Shown: in pieces, positions 50,256 to 60,215 of the stretch
How the letters are laid out: every line of letters starts with the position of its first letter
How positions within the stretch are numbered: position 1 is the stretch's first letter
Source of the DNA: Cyanobacteria bacterium auto_48_18
Lineage (GTDB): Bacteria > Cyanobacteriota > Vampirovibrionia > Obscuribacterales > Obscuribacteraceae
Assembly: GCA_036170915.1 (NCBI GenBank)
Contig: JAVHQC010000015.1
Location: forward strand, 32,001-96,000
Length of the DNA stretch: 64,000 nt
Reading direction: 5' to 3'
Program-made: the position numbers and the translations under genes
The notes under the pieces: generated by a model
The model's database searches: none
Seen by the model: only the letters and a program-made list of their open reading frames with translations
What the model was told of the DNA's origin: nothing

Positions 50256-51914
50256 ATGGCTTCCTGGCAGGAAACCTTCTCGGAACTTAAGAGTCAATAT
50301 GTGCAGCGCTCAACTGATAGGCTTGCACAAATCATTGAGTTGTTCACAAAACTGCTGTCGAACCCATTGAACAAAGACCTGGCTAACCAACTCAGTCGCC
50401 ACTACCATTGGCTGGCTGGCTCCGGCAGTATGTACGGTTTTCAGAGAGTATCAGCGCTGGGTGTGGAAGGCGAAAAATTGTGCGAAACAATTATGCGCCA
50501 GAACGGGCCGGCTTCGCCTGCCGATCTCGAGCGCATGAAAGCGCTTTTGCAAGAACTTTCAACTCAGTTTACCGGGGGCGATGAAGCACCGGAAACTACT
50601 AATTTAGGCAAAGTCAGAACTGTTGCTCATTCAGGCCGGCAGGAAGTGCTGGTGATTGACGATGATCAAAAAGATCTGGAATCTTTGAAAAAGTTGGTGG
50701 AAGAAAACGATTTTGGTTTTCGCAGTGCCAGATCTTTTGCCACCACTATTGGTGAATTAGAAAAGCGCATGCCCGAAGGCATGATTTTAGAGATACCCTT
50801 GCCTGACGGTGATGCATATGAGCTGGTGGAGCGCATTCGCGCTATGCCCGGCGGTGACGAGATGGCCATTATTATCGTCTCTAAGCAAACCGGATTTTTA
50901 GACAAAGTGCGATCGATTCATTGTGGTGCTGATGCTCACTTTGAAAAACCAATTGATGCCAAAGCGATGTTTCGTCGTTTGCGTTATTTACTCGACAAAC
51001 GCTACCAAGAAACTCCTCGCATTCTTTCTGTTGAAGATGATCCTGATCAAGCTGCCTTTATTCGCGCTTTTCTCGAATCGGCCGGCTATCAGGTGCGCAC
51101 TTGCACTGATCCTAAAAATTTCGAATCATACATGTCGGCCTTCCAACCTGATCTGGTTTTACTAGATGTGATGTTGCCTGGCATGACCGGCTATGAACTA
51201 GCGCGCTACGTGCGTCAAGACGAAAGGCATGCCACGTTGCCTATTCTCTTTTTGACTACTCAGGGTCAAATCGATGCCCGCATCGAGAGCGCCAGGGCTG
51301 GTGGCGACGATCACCTGGTCAAACCTGTGCCGCCGGCTTTGCTATTGAGCTCAGTTTCTTCACGGCTCGAACGAGCAAGATTTCTCAAAACACTTCTGCA
51401 CAGAGATGGTCTGACCAGTTTGCTCAACCATACTTCTTTCATGGAGCAGGCCAATACTGTTATTGCTCAGCGCAAAAGACATGCCGGCTTTACAGTTTTG
51501 ATGTTGCTCGACATTGATTATTTCCGCTCTATAAATGAACGGCACGGCTACCCTGGAGGGGATAAAGTGCTGGTCGCCCTTTCGCTGCTTCTAAGGCGGC
51601 GGCTCAGGCAGTCAGATATTATCGGACGCTATGCTGGAGATGAATTTGCCATCATTGCTGAAGGTCTCGACGAAAAAGAAGCACTGGCATTATCGTCGCG
51701 CTTGATTGCAGATTTTGCCGCCATTCAACACTCGACCCTTTCGCACGCCGGATTTTACGCCACCTGCTCGTCTGGCATTGCCGTGCTCGATGCCAAAACT
51801 ATGACAGTAGAAACCTGGGTCAAATCAGCCTTTCGCGCCTTGCAAGAAGCAAAGGCAGCCGGCCGCAATTGCGCCGTTACATTCCACGAAGAGATGAACT
51901 CTGTTTCTAAGTAA
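50256..51914 (+). CDS. Hpt-REC(pseudo)-REC-GGDEF protein
   Basis: HWLAGSG Hpt; REC1 MILEIP; REC2 LLDVMLP; DGLT..LN, DIDYF, RQSD, RYAGDEF. Confidence 0.92.
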   Translation: MASWQETFSELKSQYVQRSTDRLAQIIELFTKLLSNPLNKDLANQLSRHYHWLAGSGSMYGFQRVSALGVEGEKLCETIMRQNGPASPADLERMKALLQELSTQFTGGDEAPETTNLGKVRTVAHSGRQEVLVIDDDQKDLESLKKLVEENDFGFRSARSFATTIGELEKRMPEGMILEIPLPDGDAYELVERIRAMPGGDEMAIIIVSKQTGFLDKVRSIHCGADAHFEKPIDAKAMFRRLRYLLDKRYQETPRILSVEDDPDQAAFIRAFLESAGYQVRTCTDPKNFESYMSAFQPDLVLLDVMLPGMTGYELARYVRQDERHATLPILFLTTQGQIDARIESARAGGDDHLVKPVPPALLLSSVSSRLERARFLKTLLHRDGLTSLLNHTSFMEQANTVIAQRKRHAGFTVLMLLDIDYFRSINERHGYPGGDKVLVALSLLLRRRLRQSDIIGRYAGDEFAIIAEGLDEKEALALSSRLIADFAAIQHSTLSHAGFYATCSSGIAVLDAKTMTVETWVKSAFRALQEAKAAGRNCAVTFHEEMNSVSK

Positions 51915-52019
51915 AGCCAAGAGGCTATTATTACTGTGCCAGCACTTCTTTCGAGAGGGGTTCTGGCCCGAGTGGCGCTTCTGGCCATCGTCTGTGGCCA
52001 TGCTTTATCGTTCTACTGT

Positions 52020-52048
52020 CTCGTTCTCGGCCTCGTTCTCGGCCTCGT
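52020..52048. repeat. 12-bp tandem repeat CTCGTTCTCGGC x2.4
   Basis: Read directly, upstream of gpsA. Confidence 0.8.
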
Positions 52049-52078
52049 CCGTACCAAATGACATGATTTGCGGAGACC

Positions 52079-53119
52079 ATGGAAAACCACGCCGAAAAAC
52101 GCGCAGTTACCATTCTCGGAGCCGGGTCCTGGGGCCTGACCCTGGCCAACCTCTGGTGCCACAGCGGCCGCACAGTAAAAGTCTACTGCCGCAATGAAGC
52201 CAACGCTTTGAAACTGTCCACAACCAAACTGATGGAAAAACCCCGCGCTCAGCAGATTGCCGCCGAAGTTTTGATTACCAGTTCTCTCGAAGAATCGCTC
52301 AGCGACACCAGCCTGATTGTTTTTGCCTGCACCTCACAAGCAATGCGCGAGCTGGCCGGTCGTGTGGTGCAATGTCAGGCTCTCAGCAAAAATGGCAACA
52401 TTGACAAAGTAGTGGTCAGTGCCACGAAAGGCCTGGAGTTAGGCACACAGCTGCGTATGAGTGAAATCTTGGCCGCTACTTTTGGCTCAGGCGAGTCAAA
52501 TATTGAGGCAAAAGTGGCATCACTATCAGGTCCTAATCTGGCCGATGAGGTGCTAAGCGGACTACCCACAGCCTCAGTGGTGGCGTCTGCTGATTTTGAG
52601 CTGGCGCGATCTTTGCAAAGTCAGCTGTCGGCGCCGAAGTTTCGTGTCTACGCCAGCGATGACCCGGTTGGTGTCGAACTGGGCGGCACTTTGAAAAACG
52701 TAATAGCCATTGCCGCCGGCATCTGTGATGGATTATCTCTTGGTGTCAACGCCAAAGCCTCGCTTCTTACCCGTGGTCTGGCCGAAATTACCAGGCTGGC
52801 TGTGCGTCTTGGTGCTAAACCGCATACAATGGCTGGTCTGGCCGGAATGGGCGATCTCTTTGCTACATGCTCCGGGCCACTTTCACGAAATTATCGAGTT
52901 GGTTACGAGATGGCACGCGGCCGCCCCCTCAGTCTCATTCTCGACGAGCTCGGCTCAGTGGCTGAAGGGGTGACCACTACCGAGTCTGTTTGTGAACTTT
53001 CTCAAAGACTGGGGCTGGAGCTGCCCATAGCCTGGCAAGTGGAGTCCACACTTAAGGGAAAATCAACACCGGCAGGCGCTATCATGGCACTCCTGAGCCG
53101 ACCACTAGCCAAGGAATGA
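52079..53119 (+). CDS. gpsA: NAD(P)H-dependent glycerol-3-phosphate dehydrogenase
   Basis: GAGSWG, TKGLE, LSGPNLA, GVELGGTLKNVIAIAAG, GDL..TC...SRN, AEG. Confidence 0.97.
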   Translation: MENHAEKRAVTILGAGSWGLTLANLWCHSGRTVKVYCRNEANALKLSTTKLMEKPRAQQIAAEVLITSSLEESLSDTSLIVFACTSQAMRELAGRVVQCQALSKNGNIDKVVVSATKGLELGTQLRMSEILAATFGSGESNIEAKVASLSGPNLADEVLSGLPTASVVASADFELARSLQSQLSAPKFRVYASDDPVGVELGGTLKNVIAIAAGICDGLSLGVNAKASLLTRGLAEITRLAVRLGAKPHTMAGLAGMGDLFATCSGPLSRNYRVGYEMARGRPLSLILDELGSVAEGVTTTESVCELSQRLGLELPIAWQVESTLKGKSTPAGAIMALLSRPLAKE

Positions 53120-53220
53120 GAGCATTAATATTTGTCAGAAAAACATCTGATAATCCGATTTTTAACCAGTGACCATTGAACATATCAGAGTAAACAAAGC
53201 CAGACTAAACAAAAGAGGGA

Positions 53221-54516
53221 ATGCCGGTGCCGAAGCGAGTTTTAATGCTGTCCTGGGAGTATCCGCCAAGAATCATCGGTGGTTTAGCTCGGGTAGTTTG
53301 GGCCCTCTCTCGCGAGCTAGTCAAGCGCGGCTGCGAAGTTCACGTAGTAACAGCTGACCACCCGGGCCAGCCTGAGCACGAAATGGCTGACGGCGTGCAT
53401 GTGCACCGTGTCAAAACTCAGACTGATACCACTCCAGATTTTCTTACTTGGGTCAATCGCCTAAATTTTGGCTTGCTGCAATACGCCATTCAAATTCATC
53501 GCAAGACTCCTTTTGATATTATTCACGCGCATGACTGGATGGTGGCAGACGCTGCCTGGGTGATGAAGAGTGGTTTCGGCATCCCTTTTGTTGCCACCAT
53601 GCACGCCACTGAGTCTGGCCGCATGCACGGTATTCATGGTGATTTGCAAAGCTACATTCACCAGATGGAATGGCGTTTGACCTTCGAAGCCTGGGAGGTA
53701 ATAGTCAATTCCAACTCTATGCATGATGAGCTGCAGCGTTCGTTTAAAATGCCGTCCGACAAGATTGTAATTATTCCCAACGGTACTGATCCCGAGACTT
53801 TCAATTTTCCTTTCACCAATCATGCCATTCGCAGTAATTATGCTCGCGATCAAGAGCAGATTATTCTTTACGTCGGTCGTATGGTGCGCGAAAAAGGTGT
53901 GCAGGTTCTGCTTGATGCTGCTCCTCGAGTGCTCTCTGAACGGCCCGGCACGCAGTTTCTTATGGTCGGCACCGGCTATTATCTGGAAGATTTAAAACGT
54001 CAGGCCTGGAGCAACGGTGTCGGTGAGAACGTACATTTCCTTGGTTATATTGGTGACAGCGAGCTGCTCGATCTCTATAAGGTTGCCGATGTAGTTTGCA
54101 TCCCCAGTCTTTACGAGCCATTTGGTATCGTCGCTTTAGAAGGCATGGCCGCTAAAGTTCCGGTGGTCACTTCAGATGTTGGCGGGCTGAAAGACTTTGT
54201 AGAAAATATGGTCACTGGTGTCACCACTTATGCCGGCGACTCCACCTCGCTTGCCTGGGGCCTGCTGCAAGTCTTACGCAATCCGGAGCTGGCACAGCGC
54301 TTGCGCGAAACCGCTTACGACAAAGTCACCCATATTTACAACTGGAAAGTAATTGCCAGTCGTACTTATGAGGTCTATGAAAAAGTTCTCAATGAGGCCA
54401 ACATGCAAAAAGCCAATCAAGAAACTTCACCAGATGCGGTGGCACCTGCCGAAGTAATCGGTAAGACCATGGCACAATTGCCTACCGCCGCTAAAGCGGG
54501 AAAGACTAAAAACTAG
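53221..54516 (+). CDS. GT4-family glycosyltransferase
   Basis: MLSWEYPP..GGL, HAHDW, YVGR...KG, PSLYEPFGIVALE. Confidence 0.93.
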   Translation: MPVPKRVLMLSWEYPPRIIGGLARVVWALSRELVKRGCEVHVVTADHPGQPEHEMADGVHVHRVKTQTDTTPDFLTWVNRLNFGLLQYAIQIHRKTPFDIIHAHDWMVADAAWVMKSGFGIPFVATMHATESGRMHGIHGDLQSYIHQMEWRLTFEAWEVIVNSNSMHDELQRSFKMPSDKIVIIPNGTDPETFNFPFTNHAIRSNYARDQEQIILYVGRMVREKGVQVLLDAAPRVLSERPGTQFLMVGTGYYLEDLKRQAWSNGVGENVHFLGYIGDSELLDLYKVADVVCIPSLYEPFGIVALEGMAAKVPVVTSDVGGLKDFVENMVTGVTTYAGDSTSLAWGLLQVLRNPELAQRLRETAYDKVTHIYNWKVIASRTYEVYEKVLNEANMQKANQETSPDAVAPAEVIGKTMAQLPTAAKAGKTKN

Positions 54517-54559
54517 TTTAGCTCGTTGTTTTAATTCGTAGATAGCTCAGGAGAAATGT

Positions 54560-57127
54560 ATGAAAGCGGTAATCATGGCTGGTGGTTCCGGAACACGTCT
54601 GAGACCCCTAACTTGCAATCTACCTAAGCCTATGGTGCCGGTAGGAAACAGGCCCATGGCTGAGCATGTGGTGAACTTGCTGAAAAAGCATAATTTCCGC
54701 GATATAGTTTTTGCTCTGCACTATCTACCTGATGCCATTCGTGATCACTTTGGCGACGGCAGCGATTTTGGTGCCAATATCAGCTATTCCATTGAAGAAG
54801 GCAAACCCCTTGGTACTGCCGGTTGCGTCAAGATGGTGCAAGACCATCTTGATTCTACTTTCGTTGTGATTTCGGGCGACAGTTTAACTGACATGGACCT
54901 CTCTGCCGCTCTTAAATTCCACAAAGAGAAAAAATCGAAAGCTACCCTCATTCTTAAAAGGGTAGAAAATCCTCTAGATTATGGCGTGGTTATTTGTGAC
55001 AACGATCAGCGCATTCAGCGTTTTGTGGAAAAGCCTGGTGCCAGTGAAATCTTTTCCGACACTGTAAATACCGGAACCTATATTTTAGAACCTGAAGTTC
55101 TGCTCTACATTGTTATGGGCCGCGAACAAGATTTTTCCAATGACCTCTTCCCTCTGCTCTTGCTCAGAAATGAGCCTATGTATGGTTACGTAGCTGACGG
55201 TTACTGGTGCGACATCGGCAACTTGGCTGTATACCGTCAGGCTCATAAAGACGTGCTCGACGGACTTGTGGAAATCGAGTGCGACTTGCCGCAGATTCAA
55301 CCGGGCGTGTGGGTTGGTCAGGGCACGCAGATAGACTCTTCCGTTAAGCTTGAAGCACCGGTAATGATCGGCAAGAATTGTCGCATCGGCAGAGAGACTA
55401 TGATTTCTCCTCACACCACCCTTGGTGACAATGTGGTAGTGCAAGAGAAAGCTTCTCTCAAGCAACCGGTTGTCTGGTCAAATGTCTATGTTGGTGCAAA
55501 GGCAGAATTGCGTGCTTGCGTAGTCTGCAACAACGCCACCATCCATAGTTCCGCTTCACTGCTGGAAGGGGCGATCATCGGCGACAATTCTTCCATCGGT
55601 CAAGAAGCGTCAGTCAACCCTGATGTGCGCATCTGGCCTGACAAAAATGTAGACTCCGGCGCTAAAGTGCTGACGTCTCTGATTTGGGGCACTAGAGCAC
55701 CCCGCACCTTATTTGGTGCCCACGGTGTGCGTGGTCTCGCCAATGTAGAAATCACTCCTGAGTTTGCCGTTAACCTTGCCGCCGCATATGGTGCAACTTT
55801 AAAAGGTGGGCCAGTGCTGGTTAGTCGCGATTACTGGAAAGTCAGCCAGATGATCAGTCGCACCATTGTCTCTGGTCTTGTATCAGTGGGCATCGAAGTG
55901 CAAAATCTAGAATCTATGTCGTTGCCGATTTCAAGACACTACGTCAAGACACAACGAGCTGCTGGCCTGGTTCACGTGCGCGTTTCACAAAGAGAAATCG
56001 AAAAAATCACAATCGAATTTTTCGACAATCAGGGTGTGGCGATAACTAAATCGATGGAGCGCAAAATTGAAAGCACCTTCTTCAAAGAAGACTTCCCGCG
56101 CTGTTCTCCAGCTGATGTAGGCACCATCTCCTTCCCCAGTCGCGTGCGAGAGTACTATGTTGACGAGTTTCTCAACCATGTTAAAGGGCAGGTCTTCGAA
56201 GAAGACAAAGTGCCTTTCTGTATCGTACCGGGCACAAACTACACTCGGGTAACAAAAACCGGCAACCTGGCCACACACGCTCCAAAAGCTGTGATTGACT
56301 ATGCCATGGCTGAAACCGGTGTGCTGCTGCCAGACTTGTTGGGGCAACTGGGCATTGAGACAGTGGTGCTCAATTCATCCATTCGCAACACCCCGCCTAA
56401 ACAAGAAGAGCGCATTACTATGCGCAAACAACTGGCTGATGTGGTCAAGGCGCTAAACGCCGATCTCGGCGTGCAGATTGGTCGCAATGGTGAACAGATG
56501 ACTCTGGTTGACGAAACCGGTCAGGTGATTCGCGGCGAGCTACTTTTGGCTACAGTGGCCGATATTATTTTGCGTGACAAGCCGGGTCGTTCTATTGTTG
56601 TGCCGGTAAATTCAAGTTCTATTGTTGAGCGCATTGCCTCCCGCTACAACTGCAAAGTTGTTCGCTGCAAAGCATCTGAAACTGAGATTGGTAGTACTAC
56701 TGCGCGCATGGAAGACGCAGTGGTGGGTGGCAGCGCTAATGGCTGCTTTATTTTCCCAGAATTCCAAAACGGCTACGATGCCATGTTTGCAGTGGGTCAG
56801 GTGCTTGAACACCTCACCTACCAGGGTCGCACTCTTCATCAAGCAGTGACTGACTTGCCGCCACTGTTCTATCAGGTTGATTCAGTACATTGCCCGTGGG
56901 AGCGCAAAGGGCGAGTGATGCGCTTGCTTGTGGAAAAACACCACGACCGGCCCATGGAGCTTCTGGACGGTGTCAAAATTCAAACCAGACCTGACCACTG
57001 GATTTTGATTTTGCCGGATGCCGTAGAACCTTTGGTGCACGTTTATGCTGATGGTGCTGATTTGCAACAAACGTCAGCGGATCTCAACGAATATACGCAG
57101 ATGGTGCGATATTTGCAGCGCGCTTAG
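54560..57127 (+). CDS. Mannose-1-phosphate guanylyltransferase-like NTP transferase + left-handed beta-helix + degenerate phosphomannomutase-like domain
   Basis: AGGSGTRLRPLT...PKP, LGTAG, FVEKP, YWCDIG; hexapeptide repeats; LFG..GVRG.AN start of a PGM/PMM fold. Confidence 0.92.
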   Translation: MKAVIMAGGSGTRLRPLTCNLPKPMVPVGNRPMAEHVVNLLKKHNFRDIVFALHYLPDAIRDHFGDGSDFGANISYSIEEGKPLGTAGCVKMVQDHLDSTFVVISGDSLTDMDLSAALKFHKEKKSKATLILKRVENPLDYGVVICDNDQRIQRFVEKPGASEIFSDTVNTGTYILEPEVLLYIVMGREQDFSNDLFPLLLLRNEPMYGYVADGYWCDIGNLAVYRQAHKDVLDGLVEIECDLPQIQPGVWVGQGTQIDSSVKLEAPVMIGKNCRIGRETMISPHTTLGDNVVVQEKASLKQPVVWSNVYVGAKAELRACVVCNNATIHSSASLLEGAIIGDNSSIGQEASVNPDVRIWPDKNVDSGAKVLTSLIWGTRAPRTLFGAHGVRGLANVEITPEFAVNLAAAYGATLKGGPVLVSRDYWKVSQMISRTIVSGLVSVGIEVQNLESMSLPISRHYVKTQRAAGLVHVRVSQREIEKITIEFFDNQGVAITKSMERKIESTFFKEDFPRCSPADVGTISFPSRVREYYVDEFLNHVKGQVFEEDKVPFCIVPGTNYTRVTKTGNLATHAPKAVIDYAMAETGVLLPDLLGQLGIETVVLNSSIRNTPPKQEERITMRKQLADVVKALNADLGVQIGRNGEQMTLVDETGQVIRGELLLATVADIILRDKPGRSIVVPVNSSSIVERIASRYNCKVVRCKASETEIGSTTARMEDAVVGGSANGCFIFPEFQNGYDAMFAVGQVLEHLTYQGRTLHQAVTDLPPLFYQVDSVHCPWERKGRVMRLLVEKHHDRPMELLDGVKIQTRPDHWILILPDAVEPLVHVYADGADLQQTSADLNEYTQMVRYLQRA

Positions 57128-57267
57128 TGATCTCAAGGCAAAAGCTACAATTAATCAAAAGTCGGTGTGATTTCCGGTACTTGAGGCTATTAAGCTACTA
57201 TTGAAGAGATTTAAATTGCGCCAATCTGGGCATACCAGACTTGGCTGGCAAGGAGGCCTTGTTTGTT

Positions 57268-58077
57268 ATGTTCGGAAAAAATGATGGTAGACAGCAACCC
57301 AATAAGTCTGGAAAAGAACGCAAGTTCTTAGACGGTAATCCGGGTAACCCAACGCAGCAAGCGCAACAAGGGCCTGGTCGTCAGGTCGACCGCTCCATGT
57401 TTTCCAACGGTGCCATCGCTCCTCAACCTGGTCAGCAAGCTGATTGGTCAATGGCGGTGTCAGAGCAGATTCTCGTTTATCATGAGTCTGAGCCGGTTGC
57501 CCATGGTCAAGACTGGATGTCGCAGCTCAAGCAAGAATCGTTGCAATTTCTCGCTGATCAGCGTGGCGTGCATCTGCAAGAAGTTTATCGAGAGTCAATC
57601 TACAAGTCAGGCATCGCCATCCTTGTTGACAAGATTTATGGCCTGCTGCAGCGCTACATGTATGAGTTTAACCAGGTGGCTAACGGCACCGAGTTGCATG
57701 TCACCGGTTCGATTTCAGGAGATGTAACTGAGGTCACTCGCTACAATCGTTTCAGAGAAGCCGAAGAAACCAAAACCTATTTCCGCTGTCGCTTTTCCAC
57801 CAAGCTCTGCTCACTTTGTGTGCGCGGTTGCGACGACATTGTCGAAGCATTTATCGTGCCTACCAGTAAAGTCATGGCTTTGAGTCGCACCGAAAATGAT
57901 TATCCGCCGCTGGCAACCATTCAAGTACGCATCACCGAACAAGGCATGATGTGGCGTATGCAAGACAGCAATCCGCCGGTAGAAACACTTGATCAGCTTT
58001 GTATGTGGTTATTTTCGGCTATGGTGCAAGAAACCAAGAATTATGCCCGTCTAAATGGCGACGAGGCCGTCGGATAA
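57268..58077 (+). CDS. Hypothetical protein with a Q/P-rich N-terminus and a globular C-terminal domain
   Basis: AGGAGG SD; long ORF co-oriented with its neighbours. Confidence 0.75.
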   Translation: MFGKNDGRQQPNKSGKERKFLDGNPGNPTQQAQQGPGRQVDRSMFSNGAIAPQPGQQADWSMAVSEQILVYHESEPVAHGQDWMSQLKQESLQFLADQRGVHLQEVYRESIYKSGIAILVDKIYGLLQRYMYEFNQVANGTELHVTGSISGDVTEVTRYNRFREAEETKTYFRCRFSTKLCSLCVRGCDDIVEAFIVPTSKVMALSRTENDYPPLATIQVRITEQGMMWRMQDSNPPVETLDQLCMWLFSAMVQETKNYARLNGDEAVG

Positions 58078-58290
58078 TACACCTGAGCAAACCGCAGAGA
58101 AGGCCACCAGGTCTTCTCTTTCGCTTTGTAAGCACCAGATTGATGACACCATCTCTGGTATTATTTTGAGGAAAAATGCCTTTTGCCATGTTTTAATACA
58201 TGTAGATTTAATTCTCATACAAGTGGTAATAACTTGATAGTAAGAGTTGTTTTTCCTCAAGTCTCTTGAAAATCTAGGAGCTAATTTTCT

Positions 58291-60057
58291 ATGGTTGCTA
58301 TCAATCCCGAGATGTTGCGGGAGCTTCTCGAAGAGTTCACCGAGAAGGAAGAAGTTACTCGCGAAGAGATGAATGCTATCAACCAGCAGATAGCGGAGTT
58401 AGAAAAACGCATCGAATCAAGTAAAGCAAAGCTTGCCGGGCTGAATAAAGATCGCGACAAGATTATAGCCATGAGAGAACGCTATCTTTCAGGCAATTGG
58501 AAACTGCAGCTCAGCAACATGGCAGAAAATCATGGCGCTGCCGCGATTCATACTGGTGCTCAATCTTCAAATAATCCAGTTGCAGCTGTACCTGCCTCTG
58601 CACCTGCAGCGGAACCTGCAACTACTCCTAGTGTGGCGGCTCCTACGCCTGCGGAAGGCAGAGCGGCTCGCCGTGCTGCACGCGAAGCTGCTAATGCAGC
58701 GAATCAAGCTCAAGCTCCAGCGGCCCCTACACCAGTTGAAGCTCAAGCTGTTCCACCTGTAGCTACAGCTGCTGAAGAGCAATCTGCTCCTGCTCCTACT
58801 CCTGATCTTGCTCCTGCTCCTGCATCTGATGTGACTCCAGTAGTGGAGGCGCCCCCAATAGACCAACCATATGTGCAGGATGTCTCCAGTCAGGCTGTCG
58901 AGCCGGAACAGCCCTATTTCGAAGATGAGGACACCGCTACTTTTGGTGTTGCAGACCAATCAGATACGGCAATCGAACATGCGCCGCCTGATGATCCGAT
59001 CATGAGTTCCTTTAATATGGCTGCCAGTGCTCCTGATCTTTCCTCTTCTTTTGCGCAAACTGTTCCAGTTTCAGCTCCAGCTCCTGCTCCGGCAGCAGAA
59101 CCAGCCGCTGAATTGGAAAACTCTGGATTTTCGTGGAGTTCCACTGCTATTAATGCGGTGGAGGCGGCACCTAGTCCCGTTATGTCTAATCCAGTAGTAT
59201 CAGCTCCCGCCATGCCTGCTAATCCCTGGGGAGATCCTCCACAGGCGGTAGCAGCGCCTCCTGTTGATCAACGCCAGAGCCCCGCCGACATCTGGGGGCA
59301 CCCAGAGGCAGTTCAAACCCCTCCTCAAACCCCTCCTCAAACACCATCTCCTGCGGCTCCTGCCGCCGGAGGTTGGGGCGATTTTGGTGAAGATTGGCAA
59401 ATAGCTGAGGCCCAAAAAGCTACAGGCAACAAAATACCCACTGTCACTCAGCCAGTCAGCGAACCTCCAGCTGAGAGCACCGGCGGCGGATGGGGGCAAC
59501 CGGCCTCACCATGGGGCTCACCTCAAACACCTGCTGCCGATACTGGTGGTGGCGGATGGGGGCGACCAACGGCCAGCCGTCAGAATATGCCCGCAATGGC
59601 ACCACCTGGAATGTTACCTGGACCGGCCATTAATCCTAATCCCGCTTCTAGTGCGCCGGTTGAAGCACCACCTGTGGCCGACGCCTGGGGTCGCAGCTCG
59701 CAATCTACAGCAGGGTGGGGAACACAAACCAGTCCATGGGGCGATCCTGCAGCCCAGGCCCAAGCTCCTCAAGCGCCTCAAGCGCCGACACCAGCCCCGG
59801 CACCGGCACCAATGCAGCCAACCAGTTTTGAACAGCCACCAGCAAGCGAAGCCGCACCGTCCAGTTTAGCCAGAGCAGCTGATGGGGCTTTGATTAGTCC
59901 TGTTAAAGGTCGTCGTCGTTCAACCGGCGCTCCGGCAGCATTCGATTGGGGCTCTTCTGATTCCAGCGGTGCTGCAGATCCCAATCAGGCGGGCGGTTCA
60001 GAAGATCCAAACGACAACAAAAAAATCGACGACGTCCTCAAGGGCCTTTTTAAATAG
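58291..60057 (+). CDS. Coiled-coil + intrinsically disordered WG-repeat protein
   Basis: AGGAG SD; heptad N-terminus; Ala/Pro/Ser/Gln-rich body with 10 WG dipeptides; C-terminal KKIDDVLKGLFK. Confidence 0.85.
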   Translation: MVAINPEMLRELLEEFTEKEEVTREEMNAINQQIAELEKRIESSKAKLAGLNKDRDKIIAMRERYLSGNWKLQLSNMAENHGAAAIHTGAQSSNNPVAAVPASAPAAEPATTPSVAAPTPAEGRAARRAAREAANAANQAQAPAAPTPVEAQAVPPVATAAEEQSAPAPTPDLAPAPASDVTPVVEAPPIDQPYVQDVSSQAVEPEQPYFEDEDTATFGVADQSDTAIEHAPPDDPIMSSFNMAASAPDLSSSFAQTVPVSAPAPAPAAEPAAELENSGFSWSSTAINAVEAAPSPVMSNPVVSAPAMPANPWGDPPQAVAAPPVDQRQSPADIWGHPEAVQTPPQTPPQTPSPAAPAAGGWGDFGEDWQIAEAQKATGNKIPTVTQPVSEPPAESTGGGWGQPASPWGSPQTPAADTGGGGWGRPTASRQNMPAMAPPGMLPGPAINPNPASSAPVEAPPVADAWGRSSQSTAGWGTQTSPWGDPAAQAQAPQAPQAPTPAPAPAPMQPTSFEQPPASEAAPSSLARAADGALISPVKGRRRSTGAPAAFDWGSSDSSGAADPNQAGGSEDPNDNKKIDDVLKGLFK

Positions 60058-60215
60058 CGCTTGAAATCAATTGAGACGGTTTGCCGGCGGGTGCTGATAA
60101 GACAGCCGTCATACAGTTCGTAAAGCTGTTTGTTAACATATGCTGCGTTGATAGCGGTTTCGCCGCTGCTTTTTGCTTGGACAGAGCCGACAGGCTGCTT
60201 TTGATGGGAGACGCA

